64,000 nucleotides of DNA from Malacoraja senta (GCA_038087875.1 CM075993.1:9984001-10048000); one strand, 5' to 3'. Numbered from the stretch's first letter, positions 45,601-57,773 are shown. Numbers and translations are program-made. The notes: generated by a model from the sequence alone, not told the origin.

Positions 45601-48600
45601 CAGGAGCTGCCATTTGGCCCTTCCTAATTTCTCCATTTAATAAGATGGGGAACCTTTCACTTTAGTGCCACTTTCTAGCAACAACCCATATCCCTAGATT
45701 TCCTAAGCAGGGCTTTTATTGCTGGTCTATTAACTTCATGTGTCAATAGTCAGTGTTATTTACTGCATTATCATATTAGATATATCTGTTACAATTCCTC
45801 AGAAGCGCAAGGCAAGGAACAATCAAAATGAGTAGAAACAAAGAATTGCATATGCTGGTTAGTACACAAAAAGGACACAAAGTGCTAGAGTACTCAGTAG
45901 GTCAGGCAGCATTTCTGGAGAACATGGATAGGTGACGTTTCGGGTCGAGACCCTTCTTCAGATTCAAAATGAGTTGATATATTGATATTTAACCTTGGCT
46001 GAGTTCTTAAAGCTGCCATAGCTTAAACAATGGACCAAATAAAACACTGAAGAATCATCATTAAGTTTTACATTTTTGCTATATTATCTATGCAATAAGG
46101 CAGAACTGCAACTCAACTTCAAAAGATGTTTCTTGGTAATCATGTACCTTAGAACACAAGCTTGTGAAGTTATTATACAAATGTGGACTTCCTTCCATAC
46201 CCCCCAAATGTTGAGTGTAGGAAGGAACTGCAAATGCTGGTTTAAAGCAAAGATAGACACAAAATGCTGGAGTAATGCCTGTCCCGCTGAGTTACTCCAG
46301 CGATTTGTGTCCCCCCAAATGTTGATATTGTTTGACTCTTTTTAATTTAGCAATCTTCCATGCAGAAATGTAAGTGCTTTCACTTAATAATCAGATAATT
46401 AATCACTTCATCAAATTCAAATTGGAAATCCTATCCCATTTAAAAATATTTTTGATGAGCATACCTCACTGAGAATCTTAATTTTTAAGACCCTTAGAAC
46501 AGCATGCTCTGAATGTATCATGAAATGTAAGTTAGCTACAGATACTGCTAATCTGAAATAGAAAACTGATGATTAATTGCAACTGTACGGCTATTTGCCT
46601 TACTTCACCAAAAGGTTGTTTGCATCATTTATATTGTGGGCTTTCTTAGTCTTTGCAGCTAACATACCAGAAAGCTGAAGTACTAACACGAGAGTGGGTT
46701 TGTGGACACCTGCCATTTATAGAGAGTAAATGAGAAAAAAAAGCCTGTACATTGGGGAGATTTGAAATAAAAAATACTGGAAACAACAAATCAAGAATAA
46801 CAGAGTTAATGTTTCAGATTGAATACCATTCACCAGAAAGTAGTTTTGAGCACCTATGCAGTGCATGTCATTGTAGTACTGTGTATATGAGAGAGCAAGA
46901 GTTACATAATAGTTATACTTCAGTCTGAAGAAAGGTCCCAACCTGAACGGTGCATATCCATGTCATCCAGCGATGTTGCCTAACCCACTAAGTTACTCCA
47001 GCACTTTATTTTCTATGCAAGAGTTACATTATAAGTATTCCCAATACAATATTTCAACAATAGTATTAATTATTGAAGATGAAGCATCTTAGTTCTTGCG
47101 ATACAAAAAGCAGAGAATACTGGAAATATATCAGACAGCGTCTATGGAGAGAGAAACGGTTAACATTAAGATCACTAAATCCGAAGATGAGAGATTTTGT
47201 GATTTTTTAAATTAAAATTATTTTTAATGATGATGAAGATAGTCACTTTACCGAGATTGGAGATTCTATTGGCTGACAAGTTGAGCACAGTTAGAAGTTT
47301 CAGTGATGCCAAGGGCTTGAGGTTTGAGATATCATTTCTCGACAAGTCCAGCCTCTCCAGATTTACACAGTCTCCAATGCATCCAAGATTGCAGATGTCT
47401 GCAGCAAGCAACAGCACAAATATTCCTTTATATAATTTTCCTTTCTGCAACTACTCTTGTTAAAAAAAGACACGGGTTTATATCATATTTTAAGTTTTAC
47501 TTTCTAAAAATTGATATTTCCAACTATTGTCAAAAGTACAAAGTAACTAGCCTACAGATGAAGTGTTGGATTGCTGATGGCATTTCACCAGGGAGAAGTG
47601 GCTGTGTGATACCAAGAGTTTCTGTCTGAACCGAGGCATTCTAGGGAGCTAGATCACTGTCTAACACTGGCACAATGTGTCAATGGCGTCACTCTAAAAT
47701 AAAATGTGAGTATTTCTCTAGATGCAGGGTGAAAGGAGAAAGCACATAACTCTCAGAATGATTTCAAAATATCAATAGGGTTATTGAACGAGTAAGCTAT
47801 CTGTTACAGTCTCTACTTTATGGAAAGTCGTGAAGATGGGAGGGAAGAATAGAAGCTAAGTGAAGAGAATGTCAAAAGAAAGGGAAAAAAGGGGGGAAGT
47901 ATGGTAAAGAGAGCTGTCTTAAGGTGGGAAACATAATGGACTAAAATACCAGGTCTGCTCATATGGATACTAAAATTGCTTGTTTTTGGTGGGAGAAAGA
48001 ATCTGTTCTGATCTGAACACACTTCATTCATCTGGTCCAGTTATTTAACTATACTTAAAGACAAAATAAATCACATCAATGCAAGTATATGTTGTTTAGA
48101 GAATCAGATGGAGTTATTTTGATCGTTCTTTCAATGCTGTTGCTCAATTAGCTGTGACAAAACAACCAGACTGTTTAGTCTGTTTGGGCCTGGCTATGTG
48201 TGGATTCAGTAACCATGTTTGCTTGTAAAATTGGAGTCACTGCATAACAAACAAGAATCCAATTTTGTAAGAGCTCTTTGGAAAGTTATGAAGACGCGAT
48301 AAGGTAGTAAAATAACAGCAACTCATCAAATGGACTGACAATATAACAGTAATCCAATGAGAGTGATTTTTGCAAGGAACCAAAATGATACGAGACAGTG
48401 AGAGAGTGTGAGAAAGAGAGAGAAAGAGAAAGAGTGAAAGTGTGACAGGGACAGACAGGGACAGCGGGTTGCATTTGTTCAAAAGAAAACACAGGATTTG
48501 ACAGCCAGTGAGTGTCACTACTCACTCATTTTCGTCAGCTTTAAGAACAAAATAGACTCCAGATCAAACTCCCCAGTGATCGATTTGAGCAGCTCGACGG

Positions 48601-48725
48601 TGATCTTGACATCTTCTTCCTCTGAAATAACAAAGGAAACGCAAATGAAGTGATTGCTGAGCGGGGAGGGCGCCTGTCGCCGGGTCCAGCTCACTCTACT
48701 CACCGGCTCTGGCCCTGGGCTCCAT
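36564..48725 (-). CDS. LRRC61: Leucine-rich repeat-containing protein 61, complete 9-exon CDS, 756 nt / 251 aa
   Basis: Exons 48725-48704, 48621-48526, 47398-47252, 44194-44134, 44019-43934, 43133-43068, 39436-39368, 36924-36802 and 36649-36564 join in frame with GT..AG introns: MEPRARAEEEDVKITVELLKSITGEFDLESILFLKL...LERLDLSRNDISNLKPLASLKLLTVLNLSANRISNLDPLYSCENLQNLNLAGNLI...SNPVC...KILDGERFSGRGSDLYRLCKDIDDSLK...WVEDRYWE...RAVK*. The motifs ITxxLLKSxTGEFxLESI, CENLQxLNxAGN and DGERxxGRGS match LRRC61 as I recall it. Confidence 0.93.
36802..36924 (-). CDS. LRRC61: LRRC61 coding exon 8 (EIDSIRPIHVSVSPTKWVEDRYWELKPMQQTQTDKASEQFF)
   Basis: 123 nt, ttttcag acceptor, GTAAGA donor; WVExxYWE motif. 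Confidence 0.88.
39368..39436 (-). CDS. LRRC61: LRRC61 coding exon 7 (GERFSGRGSDLYRLCKDIDDSLK)
   Basis: 69 nt, ttcacag acceptor, GTTTGA donor. Confidence 0.9.
40760..41825 (+). mobile_element. Old, degenerate CR1-like LINE fragment in LRRC61 intron 6
   Basis: Remnant YLDF*KAFD motif and GGCCTACTCCTGCT tail; many stops. Confidence 0.65.
43068..43133 (-). CDS. LRRC61: LRRC61 coding exon 6 (VCMNTSYLNTILDMFPNIKILD, LRR-cap)
   Basis: 66 nt, ttttcag acceptor, GTGAGT donor; LRRcap-like Y..I...P.I..LD. Confidence 0.9.
43500..43910 (-). mobile_element. Ancient Deu-domain SINE (SacSINE1/AmnSINE-like) remnant
   Basis: Minus strand shows ...AAAATCCCATGG...GGCTAATATTCATCCCTCAA...ATTTATCACATTG..TTCATGGGAGCTTG...AAAGCACTTGG, recalled as the DeuSINE core/tail; a similar remnant lies at about 59260-59645 (+). 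Confidence 0.5.
43934..44019 (-). CDS. LRRC61: LRRC61 coding exon 5 (SVDALRSITKLKNLDTIRLKDTVFSFSNP)
   Basis: 86 nt, ctttag acceptor, GTAATT donor. Confidence 0.9.
44134..44194 (-). CDS. LRRC61: LRRC61 coding exon 4 (DPLYSCENLQNLNLAGNLIS)
   Basis: 61 nt, ttccag acceptor, GTTAGT donor. Confidence 0.92.
47252..47398 (-). CDS. LRRC61: LRRC61 coding exon 3 (LRR repeats)
   Basis: 147 nt; NICNLGCIGDCVNLERLDLSRNDISNLKPLASLKLLTVLNLSANRISNL; ctgcag acceptor, GTAAAG donor. Confidence 0.94.
48526..48621 (-). CDS. LRRC61: LRRC61 coding exon 2 (EEEDVKITVELLKSITGEFDLESILFLKLTKM)
   Basis: 96 nt, tttcag acceptor, GTGAGT donor. Confidence 0.93.
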
Positions 48726-49025
48726 CCCGCCGTTGCCCGGGCAACGGCCCGAAGCCCGCGGCCTCCTCTGGCGCGCTGCTTATTTGGAGTCGTTTTGCCC
48801 CTCTAAACCCCCGCTTCCGCTTCCCCCTTGCCCACCCCCGTCTCCGGCTCCTCTAGCTCGGCCGCCACGACGCTCCGGGACTACATTAACCAAGCTCTCC
48901 GCCGATCCGTTCCCGAGCAACCGTTGCCATGATTGCTGCCGTGATCCCAAGCGGTGGGAGCTCGTCGATGCTCGCAGCGAACACAGCGCCAGCGACCAGG
49001 TGTAGAGGCCGCCCGGCTCCCCCAA
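48650..49025 (-). promoter_or_regulatory. CpG-rich LRRC61 promoter with palindromic RFX X-box
   Basis: GC-rich stretch; GTTGCCCGGGCAAC at 48732-48745 lies inside a perfect 20-bp palindrome; further RFX half-sites (GCAAC, GTTGCCATG) near 48916-48930. Confidence 0.7.
48704..48725 (-). CDS. LRRC61: LRRC61 coding exon 1 (MEPRARA)
   Basis: gcgggATGGAG start, GTGAGT donor, 82-nt intron to exon 2; phase 1 matches exon 2. Confidence 0.75.
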
Positions 49026-49157
49026 CACAAAGTAATTTTACAATTTAGTTCAACGTCGTTGCTGTGAAAAACATTCTTTGACAACGTTTAGAAAGGTTGC
49101 TGAGTAAATAACACTGACTCCCTCAGGACTCCAAGGAAAGTTCCAGAAACACTGAAT

Positions 49158-49660
49158 AGGGAGGTTGCACGGCAGTCGAGGCCACGACTGTTGCTACGCT
49201 ACCCCAAGTGGAGTACACGCGATGAACTGCATGTAAACACTCACCATTGTTTCCAGCTTAGCGGGCCCATTAAAACCCGCCGAAATGGTCAATTTTTCCG
49301 CTGTAAATAATTATGGAAATCGGGGTAAGCGTGAGAGACATTTATCCTACTTCAGAATTCCAAAAGTGAGGAGAAATGACGGTAGAGAGAAGTGGCAGCT
49401 GAAGGGACAACGACAGCTAAAGTGCTTGGCGAACATTGGCCGTACAGATATCAAGATTGAAAATATTGGCAATTATCGCATTTGCTCAACTCATTGCATT
49501 TCAGCAACAGTAAGGCATTATTTGTGTTTTTTCTTGATTCCTTTGGCATCTAAATAGTTTCAGAAGTGATAAATCTGGCTGTAAAATTTTAAAATATCAC
49601 ATGGTTCTCAAGTTGGTTTTTACATACAAAAAGAAAACGCCTCTGAAGCAAAATTTATAA
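49158..49660 (+). mobile_element. Single arm of the THAP-bearing AT-TSD element family
   Basis: Begins AT|AGGGAGGTTGCACG and is colinear with the reverse complement of 26180-26646; ORF 49285..49557 MVNFSAVNNYGNRG...RIP...ICSTH is THAP-like. Confidence 0.82.
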
Positions 49661-51508
49661 TTAAAAAAAAAGCGCAAACCATACGTGGGTTTTGAATTAC
49701 ATTTTACTCAGATGCAAGCCAAGGAATGGCATAATTGTTAGCTGTTAATTGGACATAATCAAGCTCAGCAAATTGACAATATCCTATTGAAAGGGGGTGG
49801 GTGTTTAAGCTGTCAGGACATTTTATTATTTGCCAAAATATACATCTCAATAGCATAATGATAAAAAATTTACTTTTCCACACACCACTGGAGATCTTTT
49901 TAATGATAAATTTAGCTTCAGAGTGTGTGTGTGTGTGTGTGTCTGTCTGTGTCAACTTGACAGTTGCTGGCAATTTGCTGAAAAATCCCATGTGGGACAG
50001 GCCCATAACTGCTTCCACCACCACCCTGCCAGCGCGTTCAGGCACCCACCACTCTGCGTTAAACAAACTTGTTCCGCACACTTCATTTAAACCTTCTCAT
50101 CTTAAAGCTCTGCTCATCTTTGACAATTCCACTCCAGTGAAAAAGGTTCAGCCTATGTATCCTATCTATGCCTCTCATAATTTCATATACTGTACTTTGA
50201 CGAACATCCTTTCTGTAATGGGGTGACCAGAACTGCACACAATTCAGGTGGTAAAGTGGACCAGCTGAACAAAAGCTCTCAGAATTTCAGTTGCTGCCTT
50301 ACAGCGCTTACAGCACCAGAGACCCGAGTTCGATCCAGGCTGTGGGTGCTTGTCTGTACGGAGTTTGTAAGTTCTATCCGTGACCGCTTGGGTTTTCTCC
50401 GAGATCTTTGGTTTCCTCCCACACTCCAAAGATGTACAAGTTAGTAGGTTAATTGGGTTGGTATAAGTGTAAATTGTCTCTATTAAGTGTAGGATAATGT
50501 TAATGTGCGGGGATCGCTCGTCGGGCGGATTCAGTGGGCCGAAGGGCCTGATTTGCGCTGTATCTCTAAACTAAACTAAACTAAATTTCTGTTAAAATTA
50601 ATAAAACAACTTCTGGTGCTGGAAATGAGAAATAAAAACAGAAAATGATGGAAACCGTGAACGTCAGGCACCATCATTCCCAGTCTGATTCCCTTCCATA
50701 TCTCTAGACTCCCTTTCCGCTGACTTTCAGTCTGAAGAAGGGTCTCGACCTGAAACGCCACCCATACATTTTCATCAGAGATGCTGCCTGTCCCGCTGAG
50801 TTACTCCAGCATTTTGTGTCTATCTTCGGTGTAAACCAGCATCTGCAGTTCCTTCCTACACAAAGGGTTTTGGATCTGATTGTTGACTATTTCTCTTTCT
50901 CTTCAGAAGCTCCCTGACCTGCTGAGTATTTCCAGCATTTTCTGTTTCTATTTCTTTATTTTTTGTAAATCCCAGATGGTTGAACACAGCAAAATACTTC
51001 ACAGTGAATATATATTTTTTGCCACTGCTGTGATCTAGATGTTGTCCTCCAATCTACACACCATCCTGACTTGTAAATATATCGCTATTCCTTTACTATC
51101 TCTGGGTCGATATCCTCCCATAATGGCATTACAAATGCATCCATACCTCAAAGACTGCAGTAGCTCAAGAAAGTATCTCACCACCACCTTCTGAAGGGTA
51201 ATTAATTTGATGGGCAATTAATTGCTGGTGCAATCTGTGAAGCCCATATTCTTTGAATGAATATTAAAAAACAGTAATTTTGTCCATAGCAAAGTCCCAC
51301 AATCAACTAGGAGACAGGGCCATGTAATATATGGAGCTGGTCTAATATTAGTTTTTGTGATGTGCCATTAATCTTTGGAGGCTGAAACATGCTACAAATC
51401 CAGCATTACACCTGCTGGCAACTATTGTTCATCCATTCAGATTGTAACTTGCAGGAAATATGCAAGACATTTCCAGAATTTTCTTCAAACAGAGCACAGA
51501 TGTAGGGT

Positions 51509-51817
51509 GGCACGGTGGCGTAGCGGTAGAGTTGCTGCCTTACAACGCTTGCAGTGTCCGAGACATGGGTATGATCCCTACTACGGGTGCTGTCTGTACG
51601 GAGTTTGTACGTTCTCCCTGTGACCGCATGGGTTTTCTCAGAGATCTTTGGTTTCCTCCAACACTCCAAAGACATAGAGGTTTGTCGGTTAATTGGCTTG
51701 ATATAAGTGTAAATTGTCCGTAGTGTGTGTAGGGTAGTGTTAATGTGCGGGGATCGCTGGTCGGTGCAGACTCGGTGTGCCGAAAGGCCTGTTTCAGTGC
51801 TGTATCTCTAAAACTAA
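51509..51817 (+). mobile_element. tRNA-derived SINE (HE1/V-SINE-like), full length
   Basis: GGCACGGTGGCGTAGCGGTAGAG head through ...GCTGTATCTCTAAAACTAAAA tail; same family as 5557-5858. Confidence 0.85.
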
Positions 51818-54472
51818 AAAAACAAAATGTATAAATATATAGTAGCAATGTAATTCATTAAACATTTGGAGATATCTGATGTAATGAAATGCCCAAGGCA
51901 AGACAAAAAGACAAAGGAAAGGGAATTATGACATTCAACTTGTACCACCAAACAATTAGATCAAAAGTCAAGTCACATTTATTTATATAGCACATTTAAA
52001 AATCAACTCTCGTTGGCCAAAGTGCTTTACATTCGTTATAAGAATAGTATAAACAAACAAACTACAAACATATATACATATAGCCCTCGCTCAGAGGACG
52101 TCACGAAAGGGTTGGGAGTACAGTGATCTGCTTCCATTAACTCACTGTAATCTTGTGTCGTTAGGAAACAATAAATCAGAATCTATCAATCAGTTTTGAA
52201 ATTTTCAGTAAAGTCAACTTCAACAGATTTTTGTAGAGCACAGGAAAAGCCCCTTCGGCCCACAATGCCAGGCCGAACATGATATCTGGTTAAATTAATC
52301 TCTTCCGCCTGCAAGTGATCCATACCACTCCCTGAATATTCATGTGACCATCTACAGAAGAGATTTTCACAAACCTATGTTTATTTTCAGATTTTCCTTT
52401 GGACAGCTCTCTAATTTTCTTTCCATTCATCATCTTGACTGGGGTCAAGGAAAGAGCGTTCACATCGCGGCCCTGTTTCCACCAATCTTTCCACCACCAC
52501 GCACAAGAAGCATAAGACAGACACCATTGTATGCATATGCCGAGAAGTGTGTTCAGCTCTGGCTGAGCAACTTCTAATCTTGTGTGTGGACTCGATAAGA
52601 AGAAGATCATCTTGACTTCGAGCTCCCCTTGACCTTTTATACTCAAGAATAAAAAAAATAATCAGCAATCATCATAAGCTAGCCCTTCCCGAGTTGGTTT
52701 TCTGGTTCTCATCAATTTACCATTTCAATATTAATGTTTAAGGCAGCAGGCGGAGAGAGGTAACTAGCCAAATCAAGACAATGTCCAGCTTCCTGGTTCT
52801 GAATAGAAGGGGAGGGTGAGTAATTTTTTCCTGTCAATGAAGAACTTCATACCATGTTTTATTGCAGAATTGATAGGGGTAGAAGGGCACAGAGGTCGAA
52901 GAATAGGAAAAATGAACAAAATAAATCAAAAGCAACACTGGCTTATGAAGAGAATGTCAAATCCAAATGATTTACTGCAATCTTTTCAGGGTCTAACCCT
53001 GCCAGGTGATGGAAGCAATGTTGTTGATCTTGAATTTCAGAAAACATTTAATATAGTCCTTAATGATAAATCTATAGCTAAGGTGAAGTTCATGGGATTG
53101 AGAAGAAAATTGTAAATTGAGCAGTGACGTGTAGAGGCAGTGGGAGAAAGGTGGTACTGTTGTCTTGAAATGGTTCTGATTACACAGAGGCTAATATCTA
53201 CACCAACCCTGACATCTCTTCAATTTTCAATGGCCTAAAGAAAGCAAGATTATTAATTTTGCCAATGAAGAAAATCAAACCAACTGAATTGTGTCCAAAC
53301 CCAAATCAGCTTGTGCCTCAATTCAGCCTGTATCCTCAATGAAAAGTACATATAATGTACATATAATGGTGTAACCCCAACTCACACTCTGAATCCATAT
53401 AGTAAATTAAATAAAAGCAACGAGGAATTCAGAAGAAAGTGTTTTGTCCCTTTCATCAAACTTTGACATAATCTGTAGTAACTGTAGTGAGTCAGTGTAC
53501 AAGAGAGAAAGGATGCCTGGTTGAGTGATTCTACAACAACAACCTCATACTCAATGTTAAAGCAACGAAGGAACTAATTGTTGAGAGAAAGAGAAGTCAG
53601 GAGACCATGTGCTCAGCGGGACAGGCAGCATCTCTGGAGAGAAGGAATGGGTGATGTTTCCGGGTCGAGACCCTCCTTCCCGAAACATCATCCATCCCTT
53701 CTCACCAGAGATGCTGCCTGTCCCACTGTGTTACTCCAGCACTGTGTGTCTTTTCGATGGAAACCAGCATCTGCAGTTCCTTCCTTCACACTATGCCCAG
53801 TACATTACGGGCACAGCCCTCTCAACCATTGAACATCTACCGCATCTACATGAGGTGCTGACTCAAGAAGGTGATATCTATCATCAAGAATCCCCACTAT
53901 CCAGGTAAGGCCCTCTTCTCACTGCTACTTTGGGTAGGAGATACAGCAGCCTGAAATTGCACATCATCAGGTTCACGAACAGCTACTTTCCTACATATAT
54001 CAGGTTCTTAATACAACTTGCATGAGGCTTATCCTTTCTTGGCAACGGAACAATACAGACCTTCTCTTACACTATCATGGACGGGTTTTTTCTACTTGTG
54101 CTGTCTTGCACTGCTGAGTTATTTATTTTGCACACTTTTTTGAATTTTATTGTTCTGCAGAATTCATTTGTAATTCCATTTATTGTGTTTGTCTGAGTCT
54201 TACGTGTCTTTGATGCTACTACAAGCAAGATTTCGATGTACCTGTACCTCAACATACTCGTGCATATAACAATAAATCTAATGTGGTTGAGTATTATGTT
54301 TTGTTCAATAACATTGTGAAATATCGTTGATGTTTTATTCCATAAAAGGACCATTAAACATGTAGATTGTTGGTGGAAATGTGTGGAATGTGTCACCACT
54401 CAGTAGTTGCGCGGATTATGTAGACGTGAGAAAAATATATAACGGGAAAGTTTGAATGAGCTACTGTAATAA

Positions 54473-55932
54473 AACCCCTGTCTCAGTACCCCGAGCTTAA
54501 AACAAATTTAACTCGTGGTAATCACGTACGATTAACGTAGCGGGAACGCCGGAACTCGTGGACGCAACTTAGCGACTCTTGGCGCTAACGGCAGGTACCC
54601 GTGACGCTTGTTAACTCTTGGAAAAATTCAAACATGTTTAAACTTTTCCACGAGTAAAATGTACTCTGGAGGTTAAAATTTGAAACATTTAAACACGTTG
54701 TAAGAACGTAGTGGCCCGTGCGTTTACCTTCGTGACTCGTGAGTCTACCGTGGGAACTCTTTAACTCAGCGGGCAGGCAGCATCTCTGGAGAGAAGGAAT
54801 GGGTGATGGGATGACATTTCCAAATTGGGGGGGAGTGGGGGGTTGGAGGAGGGAGGGGGGTGGAGGAGGGAGGAGGGAGGGGGGTGGAGGAGGGAGGGGG
54901 GTGTAGGAGAGAGGGTGGAGAGTGGAGGGAGAGGAGGGGGAGACAGATGGGTGTGTCTTCATTCACTAGCGGCGGGTGCCGGTCACTGAGGCAGGTGAGA
55001 TTTCACATCCACCTTGTGTGTGTGTGTGTCTCTCTCCCTCCCTCCCTCTCACATAGGCTGAGAGACTCTGCCTCTGTGAGTGTACGTCCCTTTCTCCCCT
55101 CCCACACACAGTAAGACCGAGGTAAGTCCATCTGTGTAAGTCCATCTGTGTCTCCCACATACACAGTAAAATTCTGCTTTGTGTGTATATACGTCGCCCC
55201 CCATTTCCCTCCCCCCCCACCTCTCTCTTTCTCCCCCCCCCCCCACCTCTCTCTTTCTCCCCCACACACAATAAGACCGATGTATTCTGCTTAGTCTCTC
55301 TCCCCTCCCACACACACAGATAGACCGAGGTCCTGTGCGCTCTTTCTCTCTCCCCCACAGTCACGCCGAAGTACACCACACTGCCTCTGTGCCTCTCTCC
55401 CCCTCTCCCCCTCTCTCCTTCATACACAGTCAGAGGTCCACACTGTCTCTGTGTCTCTCCCCCCTACACAAACACACACATCTTCAGTCTCCCCGCAGTG
55501 TGTAGACCTGGCAGTAAATTCAATTAAAATATAGCAAACCTCCGCCTGCTGGTCTTCTAACTACGTGATGTGTGTTTCAAACAAATCATCAGTATAACTG
55601 CTCTGGCACTGGACGGTGCGCATTTTCCCTTTGTAGGTCACATCCATAGATGCGGCCGCGCTGAATTCTATCTTTAACTCAAAGCCGCAGGATGGAGATG
55701 TTGCTTATTAAAACAGACCTTCATTGAAGGTTGGCTCAAGAGTAACTCGGGAAAGGAACTTGTTAACTCGGGAGACGAACTTGGAACATCGCAGAAATGA
55801 CAGTTAACGGCAAACTTGAGTCATACCCGTGGGAACCCGGTTAAACTCTTGATCATACACTTGGAATCTCGTGCACAACCACGAGTCTTTCGCTCGGGGT
55901 ACCTCGTGGGTCAACTCGCACCGTGAGACCGG
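54473..55932. mobile_element. Degenerate Harbinger-type MITE pieces related to 828-1158, separated by a PLE tail and low-complexity DNA
   Basis: TAA|AACCCCTGTCTCA left end; shared ACTCGTGGTAA / CGCTAACGGC motifs; right-end-like CCGTGAGACCGGGC at about 55921-55934. Confidence 0.5.
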
Positions 55933-56832
55933 GCGTGTGGAAGGAGACTGAATTACCAAGAGCTGTGGGAGTAGCTTGGTCCTGAATATTAGGAGGTATA
56001 TGCACACATACACGCGCACACACACACACATACACACACACACACTCACACACACACATACACACACACACACACACACACTTTCCAACTGAACTCACTA
56101 GATTACTCTCAAGCAGGAACCGTGATGATGGTTCTCGCTGCTGTGACATGCGGCGTTCGATCCCACTGTCGGCTTCCCTCCGTAAAACAAAGATTAATTC
56201 TATTCATCCTCCTGCAAATGGTTCTATTATGTAAAAAAATTATTTTTTGCAAATCTACCAATTTTAGAATGTTCATAGACAATGAAGAACGATGAATAAT
56301 CATAGATACCAGGTCAATGTCCTACAAGTCAATGTCAAGAGAGAAAACATAAATGCCCAGTTGTTATAGGCTAAATAAAGGTAGAGGTCTTAAAGAAACG
56401 TTGTATGTCCATTCCCTCCACGGATGCTGCCTGACTCGCTGAGTTCCTCCAGCACATTATTTTTGCTCAAGATTTCAGCATCTGCAGTTCATTGTGCCTC
56501 CAAAGACAGCATGTGCTTCATTTATGTCTTCTTCATCGAGACAGACCAGTCAGTGTTTTCAACGTCCAATTCTAGCCTCTTGCATGTCTAGTTGTTTTAA
56601 TAGCTCCATCGCTTCAGCTACCAATTCCCTAAACCGCGGAAATCCTAAAAAACAGCCTCGCCACCTTCATTTCTCCCTTAAAACTACCTCTGACCATGGC
56701 TTTTGGTGAAAGATTCGGTGTTACATCGTCTTGAAGTGCTTTGGGGCATTTTTACATTTAAAATCATTTTTTTATGCTTTCACTGCCTCGGAATAACTGT
56801 TTTACAGCCAAAGAAAACATCACAAAGTGTGG

Positions 56833-57025
56833 ACAAAATTGCTGGAGAAACTCAGCGGGTGCGGCAGCGTCTATGGAGTGAAGGAAATAGGCAACGTTTC
56901 GGCCCGAAACGTTGCCTATTTCCTTCACTCCATAGATGCTGCCGCACCCGCTGAGTTTCTCCAGCAATTTTGTCTACCTTTTGTCTACCTTCGATTCTCC
57001 AGCATCTGCAGTTCCTTCTTGAACA
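56833..57025 (+). mobile_element. Fold-back Penelope pLTR mini-insertion (~145-bp palindrome plus tail)
   Basis: Near-perfect inverted repeat centred on TTTCGGCCCGAAA; TSD TCACAAAGTGTGG / TCCCAAAGTGTGG at 56820-56832 and 57026-57038. Confidence 0.85.
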
Positions 57026-57722
57026 TCCCAAAGTGTGGGCTCTGTTCCAGTGAGGGAAACTCAGCTGCCAATTTGTACAAAAGGAAGACCCCACAAGTTA
57101 CCATAATGATGGGTGCGGCATAAATAATATTCAGCACGAGGGAGAAATCTCTCCTGCTCCCCCCCCCCACCCCCCACCCCATAATGTTCTGTGATGTGAT
57201 ATTTTTATAGTCTTCCATTGATGTATCCGATAGTGCAGCACTCTCCAGACTCCTCCCCGAAGGATTGGGGGACTGACAGGAAATCCATAGGGGATAATTG
57301 GGAATAGACCGTTCAGTACTTTAACCACAACTACAGCTGTGCTCTGACAACCATGTAAACGCGGCGCCCCTACTGGTCTCCGGCTGGCTGGGCCAGTTGG
57401 ATTCTGAGCTCAGAACCAGTCTCAGGGAGCTATCCCTGTTGAAACTGTGGCCGAGCCAAGAGACAGTCGAGCAGAGAAGAAAACATGTAACCCTTCCCCT
57501 TCTAGCCCAATCTAAAGGAGCAAGGACTGTACAAAGCCAGGGGAGGAAGCAAGCGTCCACTCACCTTCCAGATGCCGGCTGGTGCCTTTGAAATTCAATG
57601 CCGGCTGGGGATCCTTCAGCGTGGGATCACGCCGTGTAAATGCCCTAAATGCATACAGTAGAAGGGGCGCCTGGAACTGCTAATGTGATGCATCTACACA
57701 AGAGGAATGTAACTGGTTTAAG

Positions 57723-57773
57723 ATGGGTAATAAACAGACGATATTTACTGATGAACAACTAGACGCCTATCAG
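57723..57773 (+). CDS. CIB2: Calcium and integrin-binding family member 2, first coding exon (MGNKQTIFTDEQLDAYQ); rest of gene beyond right edge
   Basis: 51-nt ATG exon ending CAG|GTAAGA; the N-terminus is diagnostic of CIB2/CIB3. CIB2 is preferred because of TIFT and the divergent linkage to IDH3A, recalled from other vertebrates. Confidence 0.85.

Noticed and set aside
49285..49557. Domesticated THAP host gene
   Set aside because: The first two Cys and the Trp are substituted in this copy and it lies within a multi-copy TIR element; treated as a transposon remnant.
48927..52640. Possible plus-strand gene divergent from LRRC61 (ATG near 48927, acceptor-like sites at 51440 and 52390)
   Set aside because: No recognisable protein, weak donors (one formed by a SINE edge) and no consistent frame. 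A lncRNA cannot be excluded without RNA-seq.
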